Below, one piece after another: positions 56,660-64,000 of a DNA stretch of 64,000 bases. Source of the stretch: Escherichia phage LHE287. The notes below the pieces were generated by a model. That model did no database searches. It saw only the letters and a list, made by a program, of their open reading frames with translations, and was not told the DNA's origin. Every line of letters starts with the position of its first letter. Position 1 is the stretch's first letter. The DNA is taken from sequence record PP761450.1; one strand, 5' to 3'. The position numbers were made by a program, and so were the translations under genes.

Positions 56660-57345
56660 CACTCGTTCTCCTTCATCATATTGTCACAGTCAACACGAGT
56701 CTGCTGGAGTTCGCGCGACATGCGAGGATCATCAAGGTTCACGCTCAGATTCGTGGCCAGGTCTTTCAGACCGTTCTGAACCCTGTCTTCAAAGTAATAA
56801 TCGTTCTCAACCAGCCAGGCTCTGAGACCAAGAGCGCGGGTGCGCCATTCCTTCTTCAGGATGCGATCAGAGGTCTGCGTGGCGCTGTATTCGAATACTT
56901 TGACGCACTGGTTGCCATCGTTGATGAGGTTCAGGTGACGGCGGCCTATCTGCACACCCTTCTGTAATGCCGGAGAAGGGAGCGAACGGCACTGTCTTAC
57001 GGTCATTCGGCCTTGGGTGCCCATACGCCCAGTCATGATCAAATCGCCAGCCTCCATGCCTCCACGGTTAAATTCGTCGTCATTGAGGTAGCCTTTGAGG
57101 TTATAGGCTCCCTGTTTGTAACGGTTGAACTCAATTCCGGCATTGACGACAGCGGTGGAGACGTTGCCTGTGTTCCAGAGTTCAGCGAAGTTCTCTATGG
57201 AACCAGACTTGTCGATGGCAACCGCCTGGGAGAACCCAGCACAATAGGAAAGGTCGGACCACAGTTTATCACCTGTGGAGTTCAGCTTGGCAGCGGCGGG
57301 TAATGCCAGACCAGCCAGCACAACCCCGAGGATTAAACGTTTCAT
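56659..57345 (-). CDS. Secreted protein of unknown function
   Basis: ATG at 57345 with AAGGAG RBS; signal peptide MKRLILGVVLAGLALPAAA; track start (57510) overlaps the ParB-like gene. Confidence 0.55.
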   Translation of the reverse strand: MKRLILGVVLAGLALPAAAKLNSTGDKLWSDLSYCAGFSQAVAIDKSGSIENFAELWNTGNVSTAVVNAGIEFNRYKQGAYNLKGYLNDDEFNRGGMEAGDLIMTGRMGTQGRMTVRQCRSLPSPALQKGVQIGRRHLNLINDGNQCVKVFEYSATQTSDRILKKEWRTRALGLRAWLVENDYYFEDRVQNGLKDLATNLSVNLDDPRMSRELQQTRVDCDNMMKENE

Positions 57346-57424
57346 GGCGATTCTCCTTATTTCATTGGATGAAATGATAGGCGGCTCACCATGATGAGTA
57401 AAGGGATTCAATAAACTATCGTAT

Positions 57425-57874
57425 TCAGAAACGGGTATCGCTGACCGTTCTGTATCGCACACCCTGAAACTGTTTAGCGAGTTTAACAAATTCCATCGCT
57501 GGCAAATCAACTTTGTAGACCTTCATGCGCTGTTTGCCGTCCATGTTCAACGCAGCGACAAATCGGTGAGAACCGTCAACAACGTAATTGTCAGAAGATA
57601 CCCAAACTCGACCCATAGGTTTCTTATTTCTGATCTGCTTCATAATCTTCCAGACCTTCATTTTATTGATTTCGTTCTGGGTAAGACGAAGCGTTTTGAT
57701 GGGCACTTGCGCAGCATCTATGGACACGCCGTTGTCTTCAAGATATTTGTGAAAATCTTCTTGTTTGTCGGCATCGATTTGCGGCATAGAAGAACGAGAA
57801 AGCCCGAGGTTCCCAACAGGAATCCTCAGGCCGTTAATGATGTTCAACCAGTCAATAAAAGATGTAAGGAACAT
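57425..57874 (-). CDS. ParB N-terminal-domain (ParB/Srx-like nuclease) protein
   Basis: VVDGSHRFVAA resembles the DGxHR motif of ParB-like nuclease domains; GAGGTG RBS. Confidence 0.5.
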   Translation of the reverse strand: MFLTSFIDWLNIINGLRIPVGNLGLSRSSMPQIDADKQEDFHKYLEDNGVSIDAAQVPIKTLRLTQNEINKMKVWKIMKQIRNKKPMGRVWVSSDNYVVDGSHRFVAALNMDGKQRMKVYKVDLPAMEFVKLAKQFQGVRYRTVSDTRF

Positions 57875-57906
57875 GACACACCTCGGGATATAGGGTTATC
57901 CCTTAG

Positions 57907-58107
57907 TTAGCGCATCCATCGATCCTTTCTCTCTTTCTCCTTGCGTTCGCGACGTTTCTGGTCGGATCGGAATAACCAATAGAAGAAGTTCCCACCCAAG
58001 ATGAAAACCACCGCGATTATTACTAGGACACCCTTCACAATTTCCCAAACCAATTCTTTATCCAAATTATACCTCTTCTTCTTCTTCTTCTTCAGGTCCA
58101 CCGTCAA
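57907..58107 (-). CDS. Possible small membrane protein
   Basis: ORF with one TM helix; non-ATG start; N-terminal Lys run comes from the (GAA)n repeat in another frame. Confidence 0.25.
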   Translation of the reverse strand: MTVDLKKKKKKRYNLDKELVWEIVKGVLVIIAVVFILGGNFFYWLFRSDQKRRERKEKERKDRWMR

Positions 58108-58363
58108 TCAGGATACGAGCGGCGTCGAAAGTTTCCCCGCCCGTGTTCAGCAGCTTGGTCAGATCGTCAAGATATCGGACCGTGCCAAGATCAGATGACC
58201 GCGATATGAACTCCAGCATACCATACAACGCTGTTTGGAATCGGCTGTTATCGATATCGTTCTTTATTACCATCAGGCGCAAGATGTTCTCTGACTGAGT
58301 ATGGCCAACACACGCCTTGTCTCTGATCATCTCCTTGATAGAACTTCTCTCTGATGGTGTCAT
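58067..58363 (-). CDS. Hypothetical protein with C-terminal poly-Glu tail
   Basis: ATG start overlapping the upstream gene stop (ATGA); ends in seven Glu from a (GAA)n repeat. Confidence 0.5.
   Translation of the reverse strand: MTPSERSSIKEMIRDKACVGHTQSENILRLMVIKNDIDNSRFQTALYGMLEFISRSSDLGTVRYLDDLTKLLNTGGETFDAARILIDGGPEEEEEEEV
58073..58093. repeat. Trinucleotide repeat (CTC + (TTC)x6 on plus strand; seven Glu codons on minus strand)
   Basis: ctcttcttcttcttcttcttc read directly. Confidence 0.8.
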
Positions 58364-58734
58364 AACGTACCCCCGACAGAGATCAAGAACTCTTCTTGCA
58401 TGGTCTTGACCGGGTGGTGGTTGCGGGTTTCGAACATGAAGCCCCAGCCACCGTCGGCGACGTTGCCAAAGGTCTTGACGCCAAAGGACTTCGTCCCGTT
58501 GGAGCAGGAATAGATGTCCAGGACGTATGGGCTACCCTGATTGTCGATCCCACGATTCACGTCGTCTGATACGCAGCGCTCAATCATCTTCCCGTTCTTA
58601 TACAGAACGAGGTCTTGGCCATACGCCTTGAAAGCATAAACACCGTTGGTAGACACTCCGGTGATGACAGGAGGGGCGGAAACAGCAGCAAAGGAAGCGC
58701 CCAGCAGGGCAACAGCGAGGATTAACTTTTTCAT
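58360..58734 (-). CDS. Secreted protein of unknown function
   Basis: ATG at 58734 in CTATATCATG context; signal peptide MKKLILAVALLGASFAAVSA. Confidence 0.55.
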   Translation of the reverse strand: MKKLILAVALLGASFAAVSAPPVITGVSTNGVYAFKAYGQDLVLYKNGKMIERCVSDDVNRGIDNQGSPYVLDIYSCSNGTKSFGVKTFGNVADGGWGFMFETRNHHPVKTMQEEFLISVGGTL

Positions 58735-58793
58735 GATATAGTCTCTTGGTTTCAAATAGACGGGGTAATCATACCCCGCCCAAAGTTATAGAA

Positions 58794-59033
58794 TTAACTG
58801 ATGTGCTTCAGAAGAGCGAAGAGGATCGCGGCCTTGGCCTTTACCTTTCCTACGATGCCTGTTTCGACATCAACTTCTTCAGCAACCCACTCTTTTCCCT
58901 TCTTGCTGATGATAACGTCACGACGCTGTGCGTAGACTTCTTTGGTCGCATACACACGGCGGAACCCTTTAGCGCGGAGCAATCCCCAATTGCGATCAAT
59001 TTCTACTGAGGTTTCTACCATTTTGTTCTTCAT
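58794..59033 (-). CDS. Hypothetical small early protein
   Basis: 79-aa ORF downstream of copy 1 of the duplicated promoter cassette. Confidence 0.5.
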   Translation of the reverse strand: MKNKMVETSVEIDRNWGLLRAKGFRRVYATKEVYAQRRDVIISKKGKEWVAEEVDVETGIVGKVKAKAAILFALLKHIS

Positions 59034-59083
59034 GATATAATCTTACCTTTCAACCCGGTGAACCCATCGTTCGCCAGTTATTG

Positions 59084-59137
59084 AATAATACGCATTTACC
59101 TTATAGAAGTAAACCCCTAAAAGTAAAAATCCCCAAC
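59084..59137. repeat. Copy 1 of a 54-bp direct repeat (early promoter plus start of terminator hairpin)
   Basis: Identical 54-mer aataatacgcatttaccttatagaagtaaacccctaaaagtaaaaatccccaac also at 59440-59493. Confidence 0.85.
59085..59113 (-). promoter_or_regulatory. Early sigma70-like promoter (TTTACT-N17-TATTAT), copy 1
   Basis: -35 TTTACT, 17-bp spacer, -10 TATTAT on the minus strand. Confidence 0.5.
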
Positions 59138-59148
59138 AAACGTTGGGG
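59131..59148 (-). terminator. Intrinsic terminator (copy 1)
   Basis: CCCCAAC / GTTGGGG stem followed by ATTTTTAC on the minus strand. Confidence 0.5.
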
Positions 59149-59166
59149 ATTTAATAAAAGTTATGC

Positions 59167-59391
59167 CTATTTAATTTCTCGGCTTGAATTTTCTAGTTCT
59201 AATTTTCTTATAGCGGAAATTCTGCCTTCATCAGTTGCGGGAAACTCCCAAACAGCACGACGCCCATTGTTGGTATCACAACTTGCCAGCCAGCAGAAAT
59301 TAGAGGGGTCCTTAAACAAGACCAACTTCGGATTTCCTAAATTGATGAGGTTAAACGGGGTGAGGTCAACAACACATGATATAGCAGACAT
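59167..59391 (-). CDS. Hypothetical small protein bracketed by duplicated promoter-terminator cassettes
   Basis: 74-aa ORF with ATG start and GAAGG RBS, promoter copy 2 upstream, terminator copy 1 downstream. Confidence 0.5.
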   Translation of the reverse strand: MSAISCVVDLTPFNLINLGNPKLVLFKDPSNFCWLASCDTNNGRRAVWEFPATDEGRISAIRKLELENSSREIK

Positions 59392-59439
59392 AACATATAC
59401 CTTCTTTCAATGAACGGGAACGCCCCGATCTATGAATTC

Positions 59440-59493
59440 AATAATACGCATTTACCTTATAGAAGTAAACCCCTAAAAGTAAAAATCCCCAAC
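59440..59493. repeat. Copy 2 of the 54-bp direct repeat
   Basis: Identical to 59084-59137. Confidence 0.85.
59441..59469 (-). promoter_or_regulatory. Early sigma70-like promoter, copy 2
   Basis: Same -35/-10 elements as copy 1. Confidence 0.5.
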
Positions 59494-59504
59494 GTTTGTT
59501 GGGG
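59487..59504 (-). terminator. Intrinsic terminator (copy 2) after the ACP-like gene
   Basis: CCCCAAC-GTTT-GTTGGGG hairpin then T-run on the minus strand. Confidence 0.5.
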
Positions 59505-59511
59505 ACTTCTG

Positions 59512-59835
59512 TTATTTGCGCAGGGCAACCACGAGTTCAGCGAGTTCACCCATGGTCGGGTCGTCGCCTTTACTACCTAGCCACCCGTCGTCGATTTCGA
59601 CCTGAAACTCTTCTTCGAGGTCCATTACAATTTCGATAGCGTCCAGTTCATCACCGCCGAGGTCTTTCTTGGTACGGAGGCCAGCCAGCTTGTCCAGGGC
59701 GTCCTCGTTCTGAGATGCCACGTCGTCCAGCAATTTGCGCTTGTCATCGTCACGCCACAGATCCATATTCAGATTGTCAGTGGCGTACTGAGCCAGATGA
59801 CGCATGACTTCAACATATGTTGGCTTACTGCTCAT
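59512..59835 (-). CDS. Acyl-carrier-protein-like protein lacking the phosphopantetheine-attachment serine
   Basis: DLGGDELDAIEIVMDLEEEFQVEIDD aligns to the ACP core [26 protein letters not shown] with Ser replaced by Glu; about 45-aa N-terminal extension. Confidence 0.6.
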   Translation of the reverse strand: MSSKPTYVEVMRHLAQYATDNLNMDLWRDDDKRKLLDDVASQNEDALDKLAGLRTKKDLGGDELDAIEIVMDLEEEFQVEIDDGWLGSKGDDPTMGELAELVVALRK

Positions 59836-59854
59836 GCTACTTCTCCCAAAGAAA

Positions 59855-59870
59855 GGCGGGTTGCCCCGCC
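59855..59870 (-). terminator. Hairpin between the vWA gene and the ACP-like gene
   Basis: GGCGGG-TTGC-CCCGCC followed by TTTCTTT on the minus strand. Confidence 0.4.
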
Positions 59871-59877
59871 CGTTGGA

Positions 59878-62121
59878 TTAGATTTTGATTTCTTTCTCTG
59901 TCAGTTCGGCAGTGACCTTGTACTTCACGCCATCCACTTCAACTTCCATGGTGGACTCTTCCAGGTCGAGGTCGGTGAACCAGCCGTGGCCAGCAACGAT
60001 ACCATACACCACTTTAGACAGTGTCTTGTTCAGGGCACGGACTTCGGTGATGGCCGCCTTGGCAGCAGCGTCGATCCAGTTTTCGATCAGCTGTTTCTGT
60101 AAGGCTTCAGGCACGGCAGTGATCATAGGAGACTTCACGAATGCTTCGTACTCTTTCAGAGCATTGGCGATGAACAAGTCACCAGCATTGAGTTTCTTGT
60201 TCTCTGCGATCTTCTTCTGTACTGCCGCGATGCTCGGTAGTGAAGACGCCCCGGCGATCTTCACGTTCAGCTCACGGCTCATGTAGAAGTCGGTAGACTC
60301 TTTGGTCTCAGTCTTCGGTGAGAAGCCGTAATCGCGGATGCCGTAGGAGGACAGGAACTCGGCCGCCTCAGCGCCGTACTGTACTGCCAGGCCTTTGGCG
60401 TTACCCTTACCAACCAGGGCGTCTCGATAGAACTTCAGCACCTTCTGCTTGCCTTTCAGGGCTTCCAGACGGACATTATCCGCAAAGAACTGAGCAGCAC
60501 TGATGTTCTTGACCATGGCGCGGTTGACCAGCGGTACGCTTTCCAGGTTCAGGACAAACACTTCCGGGCCACCAAACACGTGGACGCCCATTTCGATCAG
60601 CTTCTGTACAACTTCGATATCAGCCTTGAACGGCAGAGTCTTCACGTTAATGATACCGTCTTTGACGATGGTGTAGTTGCGCCACTGGAAAGTATCCAGT
60701 TCTTCAGGCAGGCCAAACTTCTTCTGTGCGAATTCAGGCACAGCCACAGTACCGTGTTGAATTGTACGCACACTGATGTTCGGGCGCTCGGAGTTATAGA
60801 CCAAATCACTGATTGGCACAACACCCAGATCGTTGGTAGGTTCGAACGTCGGGTTCCACTCTTCGTGTTCTGCCAGCTTGAGAGCCAGGGCTTTACGCTC
60901 TTCTTTGGACTGAGCATTCGCGATCTGTTCTGCCAGCTTGTCTTCGGTGTCGTCGGTTTTCTGCACAGTACCGCGCCCGATACTCTTATAGGAGAACATC
61001 GGATGCTTGGTAGCAACAGGTACACCAGCTTCAGCCAGGTACGTCAGCACATCAACGACGGTGGTCGCATCTTCAGCCGGAACCAGGTCATAGTCAATAC
61101 CGTCAACGCCGCGCAGCTGGTCGTCAACAATCGCCTGAACCAGATCGTTCTTGATGTTGGAGTAGTCCTGCTTGGTGAAGCAGTTGCTGTACTGTTTGAT
61201 GAAGCGAACGTCGCCCGTCTTCTTCAGCGCAGCCCAAACCAGATCTGCGTCCATAGTGTGTACACCGTAGAACGCCAGCACGTATGCCGCCTGGATGTCC
61301 GTCAGGCTATCCATCTGGTCGATCATGTTAGGGTTTACAACCCACAGCTTGGTGACGCTCTCAGGGATGCTCACATAGCCGACCGGGTGAGAGTCATCGT
61401 CCTGCACCGCCAGTACTGTTGCCACACCGTTTTCGACGTAGATGGCATGGGTGTAGATGACTGGGACATCAACTTTCACCTTCGGCACTGATGACTTCAG
61501 CACGTTTTCCAGTTCGGTCTGGTATTCGGTCTGACCTTCGGCAAACACATGAGTCGCGCCAGAGCGCTCGGACATCAGAGCCAGCAGTTCGCGGTTACAG
61601 TGCCAGCCGTATTCGATGAAAGTAATGTTATCGAACGCAGAAGGCAAGGTTTCGGCGACGGCCAGGATTTCGTTTGAGCGCCAGCAGTTGTCATAACCAT
61701 CGGTCATGAATGCCAGGTTGTTGACGTAACCAGGTTTCTTCAGGTCACGCGCAGTATCCATCGCCAGTTTCAACGGCTCAACGAAGCCAGTACATCCGGA
61801 CGGTTGCAGGAAGCGATCGATCAGTTTGTTCAGCTCGCTCAGGTCAGACGCAGCACTAACCTGGCGGCCAGCGAACACAGTACCAAAGTCGCCTTTGGAG
61901 GAGAAATACAGAACGCTCACAGTGTCTTCCGGTTTCACCAGGGAAGGCAGGTTCTCCTTCAGATGCTTACGGACTTCAGGGAGCGCACGGTACATAGAGC
62001 CGGAAATGTCTACAACGATTACATGGTTGGACGGGGTAGCAGTCGCAACCGCATTCTTAAATTCTAATGATTCAATCATTGTTCTCTTCGCCTTGTGCGT
62101 AAGGGTTAAGTTCAGACTCAT
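59878..62121 (-). CDS. von Willebrand factor A (vWA/MIDAS) domain protein, large
   Basis: N-terminal HVIVVDISGSM (DxSxS MIDAS motif); about 600 aa of C-terminal sequence without recognisable motifs; the true start may be the internal ATG at 62079 (better RBS). Confidence 0.7.
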   Translation of the reverse strand: MSLNLTLTHKAKRTMIESLEFKNAVATATPSNHVIVVDISGSMYRALPEVRKHLKENLPSLVKPEDTVSVLYFSSKGDFGTVFAGRQVSAASDLSELNKLIDRFLQPSGCTGFVEPLKLAMDTARDLKKPGYVNNLAFMTDGYDNCWRSNEILAVAETLPSAFDNITFIEYGWHCNRELLALMSERSGATHVFAEGQTEYQTELENVLKSSVPKVKVDVPVIYTHAIYVENGVATVLAVQDDDSHPVGYVSIPESVTKLWVVNPNMIDQMDSLTDIQAAYVLAFYGVHTMDADLVWAALKKTGDVRFIKQYSNCFTKQDYSNIKNDLVQAIVDDQLRGVDGIDYDLVPAEDATTVVDVLTYLAEAGVPVATKHPMFSYKSIGRGTVQKTDDTEDKLAEQIANAQSKEERKALALKLAEHEEWNPTFEPTNDLGVVPISDLVYNSERPNISVRTIQHGTVAVPEFAQKKFGLPEELDTFQWRNYTIVKDGIINVKTLPFKADIEVVQKLIEMGVHVFGGPEVFVLNLESVPLVNRAMVKNISAAQFFADNVRLEALKGKQKVLKFYRDALVGKGNAKGLAVQYGAEAAEFLSSYGIRDYGFSPKTETKESTDFYMSRELNVKIAGASSLPSIAAVQKKIAENKKLNAGDLFIANALKEYEAFVKSPMITAVPEALQKQLIENWIDAAAKAAITEVRALNKTLSKVVYGIVAGHGWFTDLDLEESTMEVEVDGVKYKVTAELTEKEIKI

Positions 62122-62287
62122 CAGCGGCTTCGATGCGCGTCTTTACAGAGTCCAGCATATTGTTGATAAATTCACGAGACTGCTCCAGCTGAGCCAAGAG
62201 CACATCCTTTGGAGCATAGTTCTGAATGCAAGCCGGAATACTTTCAGACGTCGCCTTCAGGTCGGTAAAACATTCTTTCAGTATCAT
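62072..62287 (-). CDS. Hypothetical small acidic protein
   Basis: 71-aa ORF between NadV and the vWA gene. Confidence 0.4.
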   Translation of the reverse strand: MILKECFTDLKATSESIPACIQNYAPKDVLLAQLEQSREFINNMLDSVKTRIEAADESELNPYAQGEENND

Positions 62288-62389
62288 TTGATCTCACTTA
62301 ACAGAGACGACGCCCTGTTGGGATTTAATAGCGGTCTTCACAGGCATCAGGTTTCCCTCAAAACAGGGGAGTTGCCTCCCCTTCGGTTA

Positions 62390-64000
62390 TCAGATTTGTG
62401 AGGCCAGTTCTGTCACCAGAGGAGCGGCACGAACACGCGCATCTTCCAGTGTTTGAGTATTGAAGAACTCGCCATCACGATACACCAGCTGGTGCTGGTT
62501 GTCGGCGTCTTGCACCTGATCAAAGGTGATACCGTCAACCAACACTAGTTTACCCTGAGAGTCTTTAATGACTTTAAGGAAACCACGCGCAGACTTTTTA
62601 GTCCCGCCTTTATCGGTCTTCGGCTCTTTGAAGATCTCACGGAATTCACCGTTCACTTTACCAGCCGTGGCTTTCACTGCTGTGCCAGTACTGTCACGGG
62701 TGTTCATCTGGTAGGTGTAGGAACCGATACCGAACACCACGTTGATGGAAGCGAAGTTCCGGTCAGCCAGACGGCTAAAGATCTGGTCTTCACGCGCCAG
62801 GGTGATAGAATCACCGTAGATCAGGCCGATGTGCTCATCCAACAGGAAGTGCCCAGTTTCAGTCTGGGTGCCACCAAAGATCTCCCACAGGCGCTGGATA
62901 GAGCCGACCGCTTCTGAACGGCTGATGATATTACGGTCATCTACCATCAGAGAGTTGATCGTGCCTTCGCCTGTGATCAGGTGATAGGTGTTCGTCTCTT
63001 CGATGTGGATAACTTCGGTGCTGCTAGACACGCCGCTGATGTTCAGCGTAGCGCGGTCTTTGAACCCCTCGATGCGGTAGCCGCCAACGATGTGTACAGG
63101 GTCGCCCGAGTCGGGGCGAATCACGACTTTACCATTGCGCGCCATGATAATGTCTTTCAGGCGAGGCAGATAGTCGTCGATGACCTGCCAGTAATCCCAC
63201 GCATCAGACACGATGCTGACGATGCCATCAGGATACACGTCCTGCACCAGGCGGCGGAAGGTTTCGAATTCGCCATCCTTCGTGCCCATACACATCACCG
63301 CATGTTCCGTTGCGGCAACCGACCCAGCAACGACATAGTCTTCGTCGATGTCTGCGCCATAATACTCTTCTACGAAGTCCAGGGCAGGGTTGGTATCGGT
63401 GCCTTTGAAGAACACCAGATGACCGGAACCGGAAGACGCGGCATCATGCCACCCGCTCATACCACGAAAGGAGAAGTCGTGGCCTTGGTAGTCGATGAAC
63501 CAATGGTCCGGTGATACTCCCGTAGCGAGGGCAGCTTTCACCATCAGTGCCTTGTAATGCAAAGCTATGGTGGCGTTCGTCATCGGCTTCCAGATCTCAG
63601 AGCTGAACACAGTCTCCAGATAGTTGGTCAGCCAGTAGAACTCCGGCAGGGTATTGAACATCACATACACCGGAACGCCATACGGGCACATGGTACCTTC
63701 AGGCAGCGCGCGGACTTCGATAGGCAGGTAGCCGAGGTCATGCAGGGCTTCAATATGCTCTGTGCCGACGCGGCCTGGACCCAGGACTTTGTTCATGCGA
63801 CGGGCATACTTCTTCAGCACCTTGGCCTTCGGGCGCTGGAAGAATGCTTCGTCAAACAGTTCGTGGAACCAGGTCATGAAGCCCTGGATGCCCCAGACCA
63901 CCACGCCGTTCTTCGGCAGGTGAGAGTTGAACAGTTTGTTAGAGCGCGGAGTTCCGTTGGAGAACACCAGCTCACTGCCTTCAGGGAACTGATAGATGTG
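62390..64000 (-). CDS. nadV: Nicotinamide phosphoribosyltransferase family protein (NadV/NAMPT-like), N-terminus beyond window end
   Basis: NAMPT-like blocks (EGTMCPYGVPVYVMFNTLPEFYWLTNYLET; GHDFSFRGMSG; RPDSGDP); the frame stays open upstream of the GTG at 63967 to the window edge, so the 5' end is truncated. Confidence 0.8.
   Translation of the reverse strand, partial: HIYQFPEGSELVFSNGTPRSNKLFNSHLPKNGVVVWGIQGFMTWFHELFDEAFFQRPKAKVLKKYARRMNKVLGPGRVGTEHIEALHDLGYLPIEVRALPEGTMCPYGVPVYVMFNTLPEFYWLTNYLETVFSSEIWKPMTNATIALHYKALMVKAALATGVSPDHWFIDYQGHDFSFRGMSGWHDAASSGSGHLVFFKGTDTNPALDFVEEYYGADIDEDYVVAGSVAATEHAVMCMGTKDGEFETFRRLVQDVYPDGIVSIVSDAWDYWQVIDDYLPRLKDIIMARNGKVVIRPDSGDPVHIVGGYRIEGFKDRATLNISGVSSSTEVIHIEETNTYHLITGEGTINSLMVDDRNIISRSEAVGSIQRLWEIFGGTQTETGHFLLDEHIGLIYGDSITLAREDQIFSRLADRNFASINVVFGIGSYTYQMNTRDSTGTAVKATAGKVNGEFREIFKEPKTDKGGTKKSARGFLKVIKDSQGKLVLVDGITFDQVQDADNQHQLVYRDGEFFNTQTLEDARVRAAPLVTELASQI

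Noticed and set aside
59084-59493. Possible CRISPR array suggested by identical direct repeats
   Set aside because: Only two copies, 54 bp long, each containing promoter and terminator elements and flanking a protein-coding ORF; not a repeat-spacer array
1-64000. tRNA genes, integrase or prophage boundary
   Set aside because: No integrase or att-like features; no convincing cloverleaf seen in the longer intergenic regions, although a tRNA cannot be excluded without a proper scan
62390-64000. Calling the NAD pathway subtype (Nampt+Nmnat versus Adps+Namat)
   Set aside because: The partner gene is not in the window; only the NAMPT-family enzyme itself is supported

Overview
This 64 kb window reads as a contiguous piece of a lytic T4-like myovirus genome (roughly 45-50% GC by eye, so not T4 itself; gene order and content also fit an Ackermannviridae-type relative). 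It is almost entirely coding, with no rRNA, CRISPR array, integrase or convincing tRNA seen by eye. Recognisable content: a replication/recombination set (gp41 helicase, gp61 primase, gp59 loader, gp32 SSB, UvsX, DNA ligase, gp46/gp47 Rad50/Mre11, RNase H, a DinG/XPD-like helicase, HU), nucleotide metabolism (NrdA, NrdB, glutaredoxin, dCMP deaminase, a gp56-like dNTP pyrophosphatase, dNMP kinase, a ThyA-fold enzyme, PhoH, truncated NadV), baseplate/tail genes (gp5-like spike carrying a CHAP-like peptidase domain, gp25-like, tape-measure-like), lysis functions (two-domain endolysin, secreted lytic transglycosylase) and a gp55-like late sigma factor. Two promoter classes are visible in the sequence: early sigma70-like promoters (TTTACT-N17-TATxxT) each preceded by a terminator hairpin, and T4-type late promoters (TATAAATA). 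The best candidates for undescribed biology are (i) a pyrimidine-modification cluster (ThyA-fold hydroxymethylase-like enzyme with a C-terminal extension plus an orphan P-loop kinase), (ii) an ACP-like protein whose phosphopantetheine-attachment serine is replaced by glutamate, beside a large vWA protein and NadV, (iii) an 1124-aa internally repetitive protein, and (iv) a duplicated promoter-terminator cassette bracketing a small gene. All functional calls are from motifs read by eye; no database search was run. Where the ORF track began at a non-ATG codon or overlapped a neighbour, starts were moved to the first ATG with a plausible ribosome-binding site.
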